Origin: Octopus vulgaris
Lineage: Eukaryota
Assembly: GCA_951406725.2 (NCBI GenBank)
Contig: OX597822.1
Span: 71,238,001-71,302,000 of the forward strand
Length of the DNA: 64,000 nucleotides
Reading direction: 5' to 3'
Shown here piece by piece: positions 39,681-54,595 of this stretch. The notes under the pieces were generated by a model. The model searched no databases and was not told the origin of the DNA. It was given only the letters and a program-made list of their open reading frames with translations. The stretch's first letter is position 1. Each line of letters begins with the position of its first letter. The translations under genes and the position numbers were made by a program.

Positions 39681-40552
39681 TTATCTATGTTTGCCATCTT
39701 GCTGCTAACTTTTGTGTAACTGACAGAATGCCAGTTATATTTTCACATCCATGTGGTTCCTCTAGTGGTCGCAGCTATTACAAGACAAATGAACACTTAT
39801 TCAAAATATGTGGTGAGATGAGGAATTTGAGCTTAAAATTAACGAATTATAAGGAAAAACATGCACAGAATGCACATATCTTTTATTTTGAAGTTCTTAG
39901 AGTTTCTGGTCGGTGATGATCCAGTATAGCACTCTTTCATCCTTATTAGAAACATTCAGCATGATATAATCTGTGACTTACTCAAACATTTTATGAAGTG
40001 AGACATTTCATTAAAATTGGAAATAATTACAATTAGGAAATTTACGTGTTACTTTTTCCTTTTTTTCATAGAACATTAGTTGCTTAGGAATAATAACAGC
40101 TTCAAGAGATTTCTACCAAGTGAAGATGTCTTATAGCAGACAATAATTTTGGTTTTAGTTACAAACAACTTCAGAAACCATTTTCCGATATATTTTTTGA
40201 GGTGTTAATATTCGTTTCAAGCTGTTATTTCAATGTGGTAATCTTTCATACAAATAATATAGCAGACATCAATTCATAAACATTTAACACTTTGATCATC
40301 GTCAACAGTTTGAAATGGATTTTCACGAAACCACACCTAAAATTTTCCGTACACAATCGGCTTCCCTGGTAGGCATGGTGAATGGTGATAGACTTTTCTT
40401 CATAACCTCATGCGATATTTGAAATTAAAAGAATTATAAGGAAAATGATGCATTGAATTCACACATATTTTCGTAGTATGTCTAAAAACTATACAGTCAC
40501 TATAACAAAAAAGCAATCCAATTTTAAAGCACAACACACACACATACACACA

Positions 40553-40612
<60 letters not shown>

Positions 40613-41094
40613 ACATCATCATCATCATCATCATCGTTTAACGTCCGTTCTCCATGCTAGCATGGATTGGACGGTTCGACAGGGGATCTGGGAACCCAGA
40701 AGGCTGCACCAGGCTCCGGTCTTATCTGGCAATGTTTTACAGCTGGATGCCCTTCCTAACGCCAACCACTCCGTGAGTGTAGTGGGTGCTTTTTACGTGC
40801 CACCTGCACGTATATATATATACACATACATATATATTATACATATATACAGGTACACACAAACACGCGCACACACGTATATATATAAATATATACATAT
40901 ACATATATACGACGGGCTTCTTTCAGTTTCCGTCTACCAAATCCACTCACAAGGCTTTGGTCAGCCCGAGGCTATAGTAGAAGACACTTGCCCAAGGTGC
41001 CACGCAGTGGGACTGAACCCGAAACCATGTGGCTGGTAAGCAAGCTACTTACCATACAGTCACTCCTACGCCATATATCTATATCTACCTATCA

Positions 41095-41166
<72 letters not shown>

Positions 41167-41194
41167 CTCTCTCTGTCTCTCTCTCTCTCTCTCT

Positions 41195-41234
<40 letters not shown>

Positions 41235-41717
41235 GTGTATTTTTATCTCTATGTGTGAATGTATAATTCAGTTTAAAAAGCTACAGCTGTAATTTTTGTT
41301 TTATTCTGTACTTATGACACATTTTCTTTCATATTATATTTATGAACCGTAATTGTCAATTTACATTACTAGACTACAAAGATGACTTTTTCAATAATCT
41401 GTTGGCACAGCTGGTCAGCCATGGACACCCCTCTCCTTCACACATATACACACACATACACACGCTTCAGAGATACACGTATATATAAAAGTTACTTGTC
41501 AAGTGCTGGAATTCCCCAATTGATAATAAAAATGTGGAGGAGATGGCATCATATTGCAAGAGGGTTTTTTGATCTGAATCTGTGTGTGCTCTCCACCCCT
41601 ACAGCGAAAAAAACCCCGAAATGAATATTTTTGAATAAAATGTATGAAGCGTCGGTCATCCGCGTCAGTCAACATATGTGTGCGTGTGTGTGTGTGCGTG
41701 CGTGCGTGCGTGTGTGC

Positions 41718-41764
<47 letters not shown>

Positions 41765-41820
41765 TGCGCACTTGTGTGTACATGTGTATGTACGTATGCA
41801 TGTATGTATATATATGTATA

Positions 41821-41872
<52 letters not shown>

Positions 41873-42036
41873 ATGTATATATATATATATACCCACACGC
41901 ATACTTATATGTATGTAATTTTGCATGTGTGTGTGTGTATATATACATGCATGCGTACAGGCATATGTGCATATATATATATATATATACACATACACAA
42001 ATGAGCTTCATACAGGCGCGCGCACACGCACACGCA

Positions 42037-42074
<38 letters not shown>

Positions 42075-42276
42075 CACACACATATATATATATATATACA
42101 TGTGTGTGTGCGTGTGCGTTTAAGTCTGTGCCTAACATTCAACTTAAAACCTGAAGGAAGGCAAACAGCTCACACACCCTCCTCTCTCCAGTGGTCAATA
42201 AAACAAATCTTTCGCTTGTACCCCACCACACACACACACAGGACGTATGCCTGAGTGCTTATGCTTGAAATCTTTT

Positions 42277-42367
<91 letters not shown>

Positions 42368-42392
42368 GTATGTATATATATATATATATACG

Positions 42393-42427
<35 letters not shown>

Positions 42428-42428
42428 G

Positions 42429-42515
<87 letters not shown>

Positions 42516-42923
42516 GTATATACTTATATATATGTTTTGGATTAATTTAATTATACCATTCTCACATCCAACGATCACTCATATATAATATTTTATCAAT
42601 TGTATCCTAAAGTATGGAAAAAGTGATTCTGAAAATATTTCAGAGATGACATGTTGAAAGTAGAAGTATCATGCGTGCGCGGACACACAGGAACGCACGC
42701 GCACACACACACATATACACACATACGCATACACACACACACGCATACACATACACGCACTTACACAGACACACACGCATACACACACAAACATATACAC
42801 ATACGCACTCACACACATACACACGCACACACATAGACACAAACACACGTATAGACACACGCACGCACGCACGCACATGCATACACAGACATACACACAC
42901 GCATACATAGACACACACGCCCA

Positions 42924-42984
<61 letters not shown>

Positions 42985-43400
42985 GTATTATATCTGCATA
43001 CATGCATGTGTGCAATGTATGAATGCGTATTTGCGTGCATACATGCGTAGGTATATACACGCATGCATAAGTACATACATGCATACATACATACATACAT
43101 ACATACATACATACATACATACATACATACATACATGCATTCATACATACATGCATGCATACATACATACATGCGTACATACAGCTACTCTACCTGGATT
43201 ACAAGTGTCCCGATAATCTATACCTGTAATTATTGGGACACTGACATATCTAACAAACTACTTCAATATGAATCTTGTGAAATTAGGAATCTCACAACCA
43301 GAAAAGTGAAAGCTAATTACAAGATTACAGATTCAAGCCATCCATGGAACTGTCAAAATTTGTAAACCTTTCCAGAGATTTAGCATTTAAATATATATAT

Positions 43401-43432
<32 letters not shown>

Positions 43433-44594
43433 GCGCATGCCTAGACGTGCAACTATATGCACGAGAATACATACATAAAAACAAAACGCACAAATCTGTA
43501 TATGCACTGACTCCAGATATTGCACATGTACACACAAGCATGCATAAATATCGTGTTAATGTGGTTGGAATTCGAATAGGGCTGACTCAGATCTAGCTTT
43601 ACAAACCGGCTCTTTCTCTATTGGCAAGATATCTTGAAATGAAACTGAATAATAACAGGCCCATCCTTACTCAGTTTCTACCTGTCAAATCCACTCTGAA
43701 GGATTTGGTAGAAGACACATGCTCAAGGTGCAGTGCAGTGGGATTGAACCCAGAAGCGAGAACCATGTGGTTGGGAAGCGAACTTCTCACCACACAGCCA
43801 CGCTTGCCTATGACAAAAACCAGATTTATTTCTTCTAGACATTAACCCATTGCTTGCCATGAGCCCCATTTGGGGATCTGCTAAAAACAGTCTCACTGCC
43901 GGTTGTTCGTTGTATTTAATGTGAATTGCTTATGTACATTGCATATGCAGAGGTGAGTTTTAAAAAATATTTAATAGTAAAAGTTTGTCACTATTAGTCT
44001 GGTTAATTCTAGAGGACATTTTGTGTCATAAATTGCAATTTTTGAACTACAAAAATATTGACTGTTTTGAAAACGATTTTTTTTTCTGCATTTCCCATCT
44101 ATATCATTCATTGATATTTCATACACATTCGCATTTGATATCATATTTTCAAAAAAACTAAAATGTTTATTATTGCAATTGAATAGAAAAGGATAAATAT
44201 GCTTTTTTTTCAGCGATCCCTATTTGGGACTTTTCGAAAAATTTATTATTTCCAAAATAATTCACATATGAAGAAAATTTAAATACTAAATATTCTTTTA
44301 ACTCGTAAGACACCTGGCAAACCCCCCAAAAGTTACGTAATTTTAGACAGTCGCTGGCCTCCGTTGCTAACGTATTGGAAGTCGCATTTGTCTGTTTCCA
44401 TGAGAACAACATTAATATTATCGCTGTTCTACAAGTGTCAACAATAAAAGAACGAAAAAGCTGTACGAAACCTTTAATTTTTTTTCTTAATTGAAAAGAA
44501 TTTAATGAAAGAAAATGAAGATCGTTGTAAAATCGATGTAAAAATCTAATGAAATACAATTAAAGTGTTATGCAACCTCAAATAGTTTTTCATT

Positions 44595-45611
44595 TGTAGA
44601 ACGACCGTACGAAAGGAGATGGTGATAAATGAATGTCTCCTTTTAAACGCCGCACGGTCGCCTTACAATAAAAGCCAAAATAAGTGCCAAAAGGAATAAG
44701 GAGAAAACACAACCGTACAATGTTTAAGAGAAAGGTTTTTATTCAGGTGTTGACATGTGAGTAACAGAGTGTATGTCTATGAGTGTGACATACGTGTGTG
44801 TGTCATAAGTACATATAAGAGAACAATAAGACAGCCTGTCAAATATACAATAATGTGCATGGGTGTATAAACAAAGGTGTATACATGTGAGATAAAATAC
44901 AGAGCATAGAAATGAGTCTCTCAGGACGCTAAAAGTAGATCACACAAGATGTAGATAAATACCAGTTCGTAGTAAGAAACGCTATAGTAATAGTTCCGTA
45001 TCAATGAAATTGGGGTCACAAGGCAGACGCCGGTTGAACACATGTCGTGTAGCGGTTGTGGCTTCAATGCTGTGCCGGGTTACTTGGTACAGAAAGATCT
45101 CACAGGTAGACTGAGCTGTTAACCTTGGTGAGTATTCACAAACAGCGCGAAGTTTAAAACCTGGGCGGTGTTGCTGCGTACGTATTGATGAAGGCGACGG
45201 TGGTGAAGGTAACGGTGGAGAAATGTCCTGAAATGCTGCGGTGGTGTTGGTGTCACGGTCGCTGGGACATGGCTGAGTTGCAGGAACTGGCTGTCTGTCG
45301 CTGGATGCTCTGTGGTCAATGGTCTAGGATCAAAGACAAGTAATGGTTTGTTGTGACTAGCTTTTAAAGAGTTTAGTGGGCTCCAGAAGAGAACCTAGAA
45401 GACTGTGTCACGGATCCTTATCAGAAGGTTGCGATTGGTTGGTTTACACATTGGCGCGAAATAAAGCAAGAGTTAAAACTGCACCAAAACCAACCAATCA
45501 GAGCAGTGGACACAACTGGGCCTAAGCAGCCGAAGGCCGGCTATTATACGCCATGTCCGCATTTGTATGATATCTCTCAAGGAGAGATAATGTATTTTAC
45601 TATGCGCTACA
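44595..45611 (-). mobile_element. Solo LTR (Gypsy-like) with 4-bp TSD
   Basis: catt|TGTAG ... CTACA|catt: inverted termini, TSD CATT, CCAAT boxes, and a minus-strand AATAAA near 44740; orientation inferred from these signals. Confidence 0.8.
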
Positions 45612-47450
45612 CATTAAAATAGGAAGAAAGCAAGTCAGCATCAATGAATTTGTGCTATGCAGAGGGTTCCGTCTTGCGAGTTGACCAACTCAGCGCCATG
45701 GTTCACTATTTTGTGCATAAATCAACGGTACATTCGATCAACAGTACAGTCTGCTCGTGAAATTAGCGTGCACGTGGGTGAGTACTCCACAGGCAAGTGT
45801 ACCTTTAACGTAGTTCTCAGGGAGATTCAGCATGACACAGAATGTCACATGGCTGACCCTTTGAAATTCAGATACTACGAATTTTTGCCAGATGAGTGGT
45901 CTGATTTGCATTAAGAAGACACGTACAGAGGCAAACTACTTTTCTTGCCAGCAATAATCTTCTTTTCTATTCTAGGTACAAAGCCTGAAATTTTGGGGAA
46001 GGGGATAGTCGATTAGATCGACCCCAGTACGCAACTGGTACTTAATTTATAGACGCCGAAAGGATGAAAGGCAAAGTGGACCCCGGCGGAATTTGAACCC
46101 AGAACGTAAAGACAGACAAAATACCGCTAAGCATTTCGCCCGGCGTGCTAACGTTTCTTATTTCTTTATTGCCCACAAAGGGCCAAACATGGAGAGGACA
46201 AACAAGGACAGACAAAGGGATTAAGTCGATTAAAGAAACAAGGAGAGAAAATAAAGAATGTGTAGTGGCTAGCATTGTATTTGTCACTTTAAGAACTACC
46301 GCACAAACGGGTAGTTAGTACTTCCATTACTGAGTTATTTCGAACGAACAATACTTTCGATTCTTTTTTTTTTTAGACAAATGACAGATTTCCAAAAGCA
46401 CCAAACGCACTCCGAAGCAAACTCATTATCTACTGCAGCCAAGTTGAGTTTACCATTGTTTCGTGGCTATTCAATATAGCCAATATATCAAACCTGGTTT
46501 AGGATATTGTCGTTCTTTGTCAAGTTGAATGAAATGAATCATTTTCAAGAACAGCGATGGGATTGTGGTTGAGTAGTGAGATACGTAGGGGTGTATGAGA
46601 CGTTCTGGCTCAGCTGTTTTGCTTCTGCCTAATTGGATATTTCTGATTCAACGCTGACTTATTTGACAACAGACATTTTAATATAATTGCAGCGTGGAAG
46701 GTGTTCCGTGCAGCATGGAATTTTGTCAGTGAACAGGTCGCGGTTTCAAAGCGACGTAAATATTTTGGCAAATTGAATTTAAATGTTTTTGTGTGTTTCT
46801 TAAATGGCTTATAAACACCTTCCACTCTGCAATTGTTTTCGTTCCCGCACACGATCTCACATCAGGTCACTTGCTATGCAAGTACATTTCCATTTTAATA
46901 TACTTTCCGTTTTAATATTTTTCTCGTTCTCCTCTCTCTCTTTCTTTTTCTCTCTTTAAATCTATGAGATGGAAAGTGTTTAAGTAAATCGTGCTTAGTC
47001 AATAAATTATTATGTCTCTCTCTCCTATCTCTCATCCCACCTTCCCAACTTTAGCATCTCTTATCGTAACGTACTCTTAGTTACACATATCCATTTTCCC
47101 CACAGCATTCTGGAGAAGCAAGATTTAATTTATCTAAACAAAAAATAAATCTCTTTAAAATAATTTCCAGTGTAGGCATAAGGACATACATGACAAGAGT
47201 GTAAGTATGACAGAAAGATATTTATTCTATCGGCACTGGCTTCCCCCACTCATGGGGGAAGATCTGCGAATTAGTTGCTTTTAAGTTTCGCGATAGTATA
47301 AGAGTTGAAGTCTATCTATCTGTATGTCTGTCTGTTTCAATATCTGCCCATCTGACCATCTGTGTATGTATGTATGTATGTATGTATGTATGTATGTATG
47401 TATGTATGTATGTATGCATGTATCTATCTATCTATCTATCTGTGTATATT

Positions 47451-47559
<109 letters not shown>

Positions 47560-48677
47560 GTATATATATATGTGTGTGTGTGTTTTAACTGACATGAATT
47601 CCGAACACTTCGCAGATTTTTTATACAAGAATCTTCCATTTTGGCTTCTCACTAGGGGTTAGGGAGCACAAAATTGGATCAAAAGACATTCTTACAATTA
47701 ATTGCTGGGTTTACAAATAGAAGCATGCACACAAGCAGTGCATGTGGAATTAAAAACACCGTTCCTGAAGATATTCTATCAAACTCTGATATATGTTGTG
47801 AAAGCAAGCAACAATGATGTCCTTTGTCGTAGAGACTCACGGAAGATTACATTTATAATGTGTTTTTAGTGGTGATAATCATATTGTCATTGGTAATACA
47901 CAACAGTAGGACGGTAAGTTGGTGGGTTGCATGCTGAAGTGAGAATGACCACACTAATAATACGTTTCAATATTTTTATTACTTCGAACAGTTAGGTTAA
48001 TTGAATTAAAAGGCATTCATGTTATCGTGTATGTGATAATTTGAAGTTTCCACTGTGTAGAAAAGAAATAATATTTACTTAATTATATGATAACTGGTCG
48101 TAGTTGTTATAGGCAAAACATGTCGAAAAAGTGAGAACACCTATGAAACGAACTGAGTGAAAGAGCTACATGTTGCGTCTGAGGTCGTCCAGTTTTGGAG
48201 TTTAATATTCCGACTTTTTATAACTTTTAGTAAAGCTTCTAGAAACCTCGGCAAAATTATTTGGCAGGAATTTCACATAACTTTCTTTTAAGCATATCAC
48301 TTTATTAATTTCATACCAGGTGATACTGACAGGTCGAACCATGTTCACGTAAGCGTTCATGCCTATTATAGCAATACGGTTAATTTCTCTTAAGTGGTCT
48401 GGATTTTATGGAAATATAGTTAGACGGCGGATCCCATCTCAGTGATTACAAAACTGAATCGTTTTCTGATTCAAAAACACGTCAATATTATTGATATCAT
48501 GGTATCCCCCCAGAAGAATTCTTAAGCTATTATAATATAACTCAATACCGTTCATAGTACTGAGTTGAAGGCTTTTGATATTTGCAAAGATTTTGTATGT
48601 CTCATGTCTGAATTACTTCTTTAGCAATGATAACTATCGATTATGGTGAAGAATAACTGCCAGTTGGTATCTGGAGA

Positions 48678-49270
48678 TGATGGACTTCAGGGTGATGAGT
48701 TTATAGCAGATTCGAAACTGAATCGCTGAAATAACCAAGTAGATGTCACGGCTTAACCATACTCATTTCACGTAATCGGCCAATTAACCGACCAATCAGC
48801 ATCGAGCCATCTCATGATGCGACCTTCTAGAAAATTCTAGAACCCTTCTAATAAGTCTTATAAATAGTCAAATTTTCGCCGCTAAATGTTGGAGACGGTC
48901 GTGGTGGCAACCACATTCTCATTTTCATTTTTCAGCAAAATCAGAAATAGCATGCCAACAATTGTTTTAAAAACTTCTTACTCAGCCGAGTTAGCAGATT
49001 TCTCCAATCGTGACAGCTAGTCACGAAGCTATACTAACCAGCTATTTTGTCATAACTGCTGAGTTTATCTTTTCCCATGTGTATAAATTATTGTTTATAT
49101 TCATCATTCAAAGAACAATATAAAAAGTACTATGTGCAATGAATAAAACTTCTGTTAATTGTTCACGGGCTGTTGTCCATCAATTAAACGCTGCTGGCAA
49201 ACCAACGGTACCGATCTTCTTGACAAGTTTTATTCTGTCAATGACTCGTTGTGCAGTGTAGCTTCATCGT
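48678..49270 (+). mobile_element. LTR-like repeat (related copy on the minus strand at about 61095-61696)
   Basis: Starts tgatgga; tagcagat(t/a)cgaaactgaatcgct, ccaat and tataaatag motifs shared with the reverse complement of 61095-61696; 3' boundary uncertain. Confidence 0.55.
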
Positions 49271-51696
49271 CGTTTCTTCTATCCGAGGATAGGCTCTCAA
49301 TCATCGAACACTGATTAGCCAGTTTTTAAACACACACACAGACAGACACACACACACACACACACACACATACAGACAGAACACACACGTACAGCATTTC
49401 TCATTCCTTCAGTGATCTTGGCTGTCATGTGAGCAATGCTCTGGATATAAATAGCTGACATTGTATTTCTGTGTTGTAATATCTTCGATACGTTATCCAT
49501 CACCGAATTGAACTTTTGTTTTAAATGCACTTCAAAGTGTGGAGCAAATTTCGCCATTTGTTTCTCACTTCCAATAATTCATGCTATTACAACCATCATT
49601 AATTTCTTCTAGAAATTAATTTGCCATAATGTGTGTACTTCTCTTGTAGGAACAGCCACGTTCTGTCCGTCTAGTAGCAGAGTTTATCTTAGGGAAACTG
49701 AATAAACATGAGTTTCACCATAGCTACCACAAATTCTTATAATTGTTTTAAGATTTTCGTTGTTTGGAGAAAACTTCACGAGGATACGAATTTCGCGCCA
49801 TTTTGTTTTTAGAGCATCATATTGTGAAGTCACGTCTTTAATAGATAAAAGTAAAAAAGAAATGACTATGAGTTTCGAGAGGTTTAAGTCGCAAATCCTT
49901 CATTCTACCAGAAACTCAAGATTTTCTTCCCAGCATACTGCTTGCTTCATTGCATATTCTCCAACTTAACGTAAAAGAAGTTGAAAGGGAATTAATGGGT
50001 CTACTAACAATATTGTGAAGGCACATGGCCTAATGGTTAAAGCAGCGGGCACGCGGTCGAGGGATCGCGGGTTTAAATATCAGACCAGGCGATGTGTGTG
50101 TTTATGAGCAAAACACCTAAGCTCCACGCGGCTCCGGCAGAAGGTAATGGTGAATTTCTGCTGACTCTTTCGCCACAACTTTCTCTCACTCTTTCCTCCT
50201 GCATCTTGCAGCTCACCTGCGACGGACCGGCGTCTCGTCCAGGTGGAGGACCTATACACCAAGGAAACCAGGACACCGGCCCATTATGAGCCAGGCGTGG
50301 CTCGAGAAGGAACAAACAACAACTTGCAATATTACGAACTTTACAAAACCCAAGAAATTCTTCAGTTTCCAGTGATTTATCAATTCAATAATCATAGAGT
50401 ATAACTTGCTCCAAATTTCACCAGCTATTATTGGAAACAAAAATGAATTTTTCGATGGTGTTTGTGCAAGCATGGTATTAATGGCAATATCAAGAACTTT
50501 ATAGATCGAAGAAATTCTCGAGCTTCCAGTGATGTATTAGTTGATCAGACACAGAACATAATTTACTCCAAATAAACCATGACTGTTTATTCATCAGATA
50601 TTAAAGAGGAAAAAAAAATGAACGTGTACAGGTGTACACGACTTGCATTTTATGAATATGCTTAGTCATAATTCATTTTGGCAATGAGAGTGTGTAATGG
50701 TCACATCTACCAATTTGCTTCTAACCTTTTTGCCATGAGGTCGTCGTCGTCGTCGTCTTTACTTAGCAATAGCATCAAGTATAAATTTGGTGCCATTTGA
50801 ATTGTAACCCTGGAGAGTAACAGAGAGTAGTCTATTTCTTTACTGCCCACAAGGGGACAAACAAGGACAGACAAACGGATTAAGTCGATTACAGCGATCC
50901 CAGTGTGCAACTGGTACTTAATTTATCGATCCCGAAAGGATGAAAGGCAAAGTCGACCTCGGCGGAATTTGAACTCAGAACGTAGCGTCAGACGAAATAC
51001 TGTTTAGTATTTCGCCCGGCGTGCTAACGGTTCTGCCAGCTCACCGCGCTAGCAGAGAGTAGTCTTGTTGACTAAACGATCGTACGCATACCATAAAACG
51101 TGCAAGAAGCATGCTCTTTCACGAGAACAAATACTGAGTAATTTTAACAGTATCATCGTAATTGGGAATATTGGTTTCAAATGAGCTTTATGACATTTCA
51201 AATAGTCAGGAATTTAAAAAAATTCTAGATTTCTCCTCGCCAATTTTTTTTAATGAAAGCACGATCTTTCTTTATCTCACTGTTCAACTTGCCTTATTAA
51301 ATTTGATTAGCGCATACAAAATATATATATAATGGTGCCACGTCTGTTCTATAGTGTTCTTTAGTGAAATTATTTGGTGACTGAAACCATTCCGACAGAT
51401 ATGATTCCCCCGGAGTCAAGGGCAGCTATTGCGAACTTGTAACTTGTGTCTGGCTGAACAACATCACCAGACACTAATAGAAGGTGTTCCGCCGTCCAAG
51501 AATTTGGACCTGGAGATCTCCATTTCCTGTGACTTCGAGGGCCACCTGCCAGTGGTGTCGGGCGTCAACGAAGAGCCCTCGACTACAACAAGACGACCAA
51601 AGTTTTTTTTTTCGAAGGTCTGGGGTCTCCTGCCCCTAAGCCCTAGACCATCACCTAATCACCCTTACCCGTCTTATTGCTTAACAACAACAAGAA

Positions 51697-52130
51697 GAGG
51701 GTGTTTCAGAATTAACTATCCATTTCAGTGAAATCGGAAAATTTTGTTTAAAAACTCACTTTTATTATCATTATCATGTTTAGTATGTGTTAAAAGTGTA
51801 TAAATTTTTATTTTGTAATGATTTTATAATTTCTTTCAATATGGCTGCATTCATTGTCTCTACCTCCATCTCCAGGAGAGAGCAATAGTTTAGCTGAACA
51901 GAAAGCGTTCAGTTAACAGTGCGGGAGATAACTCTTGAAATGCTTCAAACTGTGTTTCGCAACGTTTAGGATAGATTTGAAATTTTTAGGGATACAGACG
52001 GAGCACATGTTGAAAATTTTCAATGAAATTTTAACATAAGATTTATAAATATATCATTTTGATATTATAATCAAATAGTTAATAAACATAGAACTATGTT
52101 AATTTTTTTTTTAATTTGCAGACACCCTGT
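51697..52130 (+). mobile_element. Internally deleted Tc1-like element
   Basis: agggtgtttcagaatt ... aatttgcagacaccctg|ta termini; C-terminal remnant VFRNV*DRFEIFRDTDGAHVENF. Confidence 0.5.
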
Positions 52131-53634
52131 ATATTGTTGGAAGAGTCGGATACTTGCGTCACTCTCTTTAGGAAACAGATTTGAAGAAGCTGCTAATTCT
52201 TTGTTGTGTCTTTAATATTTGGCTTCTGCAATATAAACGGGACATCTTAAGGTTCAGTTCTTTTTACAGTGCGATGGTTTTTATGTTTCAATGACTGCCA
52301 GAGCTATACCAGCGGCGCAGAATCCTCTGGTAGGGCATCCTATGCTGAAGAGGTCAAAGGATGGAAGCTAGACTGATATTTGCTTAAAGCCAACACCGCT
52401 ACCGAGATGTAAGTAAATGTTACAGAAGCATTAATGACAAATCAAAACGAAGAAAACCTAGAGGAGAGAGCAGCTCAGAGTCGAGAACAGTGGAGAAAAT
52501 TGTCGATAGCCAATACATCATAGTGAGTGAAGAATAAGAGAAGAATATGAACGGGTAAAAATAAATTGAGGACAAATAATTTTGATGAGTCATATTTACA
52601 TTAACAGAGATGTATGTATAATCAATCAATCAATCAATCAATCCGTATCATTCTTACAAAGACTAAATGCTAAATAAAATATCTAAGAAATACTTCAGTC
52701 CAGTACAGCATATTTTTAGCCGTAATTTTTCCAACAAAAATCTTCCGAGATTACTAATAATGACGTTGCGTGTGGAAATATTAATTTCGAAATAATTAAA
52801 ACTTTTACGTAGTCGCTCGACCTACTGGAAATAACAACCAAGTTCAGGAAGTACTTGGCCAAATGAGTTCTTTCAAAGTTATTTACCTCATGGGGTGAAT
52901 GAGAGACGCAGAAAGCGATTCTGTTGAAGCAAATTAATGGTGGCTGACAGAAACAAAGATACGGAAATCCGACCTCAGTGAATGAGAAATGTTGATAATG
53001 AAGTCGTTGAAAAGAGAATAAAAAGAACATTTCTATTGAAATCTATTAAAATTGGAAATTTTACGATATTACTATTCAATCTACGGTAATCCAAAAGACG
53101 TTTCAAATTTTGATAACGTATGCACGCACGCGCGCGAACAGACACACAAACACACAGACAGATACACACACACGCACAAACCTCATCACAAACTCCATTA
53201 CAACAAAGAGTGAAACAGTGTTCTCAGGTGATGACAGTGCCATCAGTATTGATGTGGATGAGATTAAGCTACATGTTCAAACCCCGGCCCCTTTACATGA
53301 TGGATGTATATGGAGTTTATTGAAATAATCCTAATAACTGTTGCAAGTTAAAAGATATTCCGATTCAACTAACAGTAAACCTTCTTGTCTTTACGAACGC
53401 TTGTTACATATAGACATATATGCATATATACATACATACACACACACACACACATATATAGTCCCTTAATATTTGATATTCAATATTTCATTTATTCAAT
53501 AAGACAATACATTTCATTTTACTATATATATACTATTTATACTATATATTCTATATTCTACATTAATATTATAAAGAATATAAATAAAACATAAAAACAG
53601 ACAGAGTTGGAATTCCTTTGAATAATACATACAT

Positions 53635-53665
<31 letters not shown>

Positions 53666-53666
53666 T

Positions 53667-53744
<78 letters not shown>

Positions 53745-53809
53745 CGGTGAATAAACTGTCTAAATTACGCAAAAATGAAAATATCACTGACATCTCATTG
53801 TAACAGATA

Positions 53810-54595
53810 TGTTTACCAAAATTACATAAAAATAAAAATATCTTGAAATACTAAAGAGTAAATTTATTCAATAAAATCACCATTGGCTTCAGTCACGACC
53901 TCCAGACGACTTCGGAATCCCCTGCAACGCTTCTGGACCATCTCCTTTTTTAAGTTGGTAATTGATGCCGTAATCCTTGCCTTCAGTTCATCTTTGGTGT
54001 TACAAGGAGTTTCATTGGTCTCTCACTCAACTGTGCCCCACACATAATAATCAAGGGGGTTACAGTCTGGGGAGTTAGGTGGCCAGGTGTTAGGGGGTGA
54101 TGTGGTCGCAAAAATTGTCTGGCAGCCATGACTTGGTTCTCCTGCTTGTGTGTCATGGTGCAGTCTTGCTGCCAGACATAGGGTCTTCCAGCAGCCACCC
54201 TCTTGATCCAGGGCAGCACTACCTCATCCAGGCACTTCATGTAGGCTTCGTGTTGAGTGTGAAGCCATGTGGGAAGATAAATGGAAGCATAACTTCGCCA
54301 TCACTAGTGATCATTCCAAACACCATGATATTGACTGGATGTTTGATTTTTATCACTCTCGGTACATGTCCTCAGATTGACACCTAAACACCCCGAAATG
54401 AGTGTATTGGAAGCTTCCGTCATGAATATCAAGTAGTACAACATGTTATTTCCAAATTTTTAGCAGAGTGAATTGCGTCATAGTGCTGTTCTTCTCACAG
54501 ACAGTGCCCCACTGACCGTGCTATAATGTGTAGTCGACAAAATCACAAACAAACAATGCGCATGCGCAAAATTAAAAATATAAAATGGCGACATG
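53810..54595 (-). mobile_element. Degenerate maT (DD37D) Tc1/mariner transposon, internally deleted
   Basis: IMVFGMITSDGEVMLPFIF..EVVLPWIKRVAAGRPYVWQQD..WPPNSPDCNPLDYYVWG..ANGDFIE*; 37 residues between the last two Asp after correcting frameshifts. Confidence 0.85.

Noticed and set aside
43842-44590. piggyBac-like element starting ttaaccc
   Set aside because: Only one terminus found and no coding remnants identified.
52290-52400. ggtagggcatcctatgctgaagaggtcaaagg as a ribozyme or LINE 5' structure
   Set aside because: Single decayed copy; the CUGAAGA has no matching GAAA or stems.
54555-54595. NRF1 plus YY1 motif pair as a host promoter
   Set aside because: Lies in the terminal region of the maT transposon.
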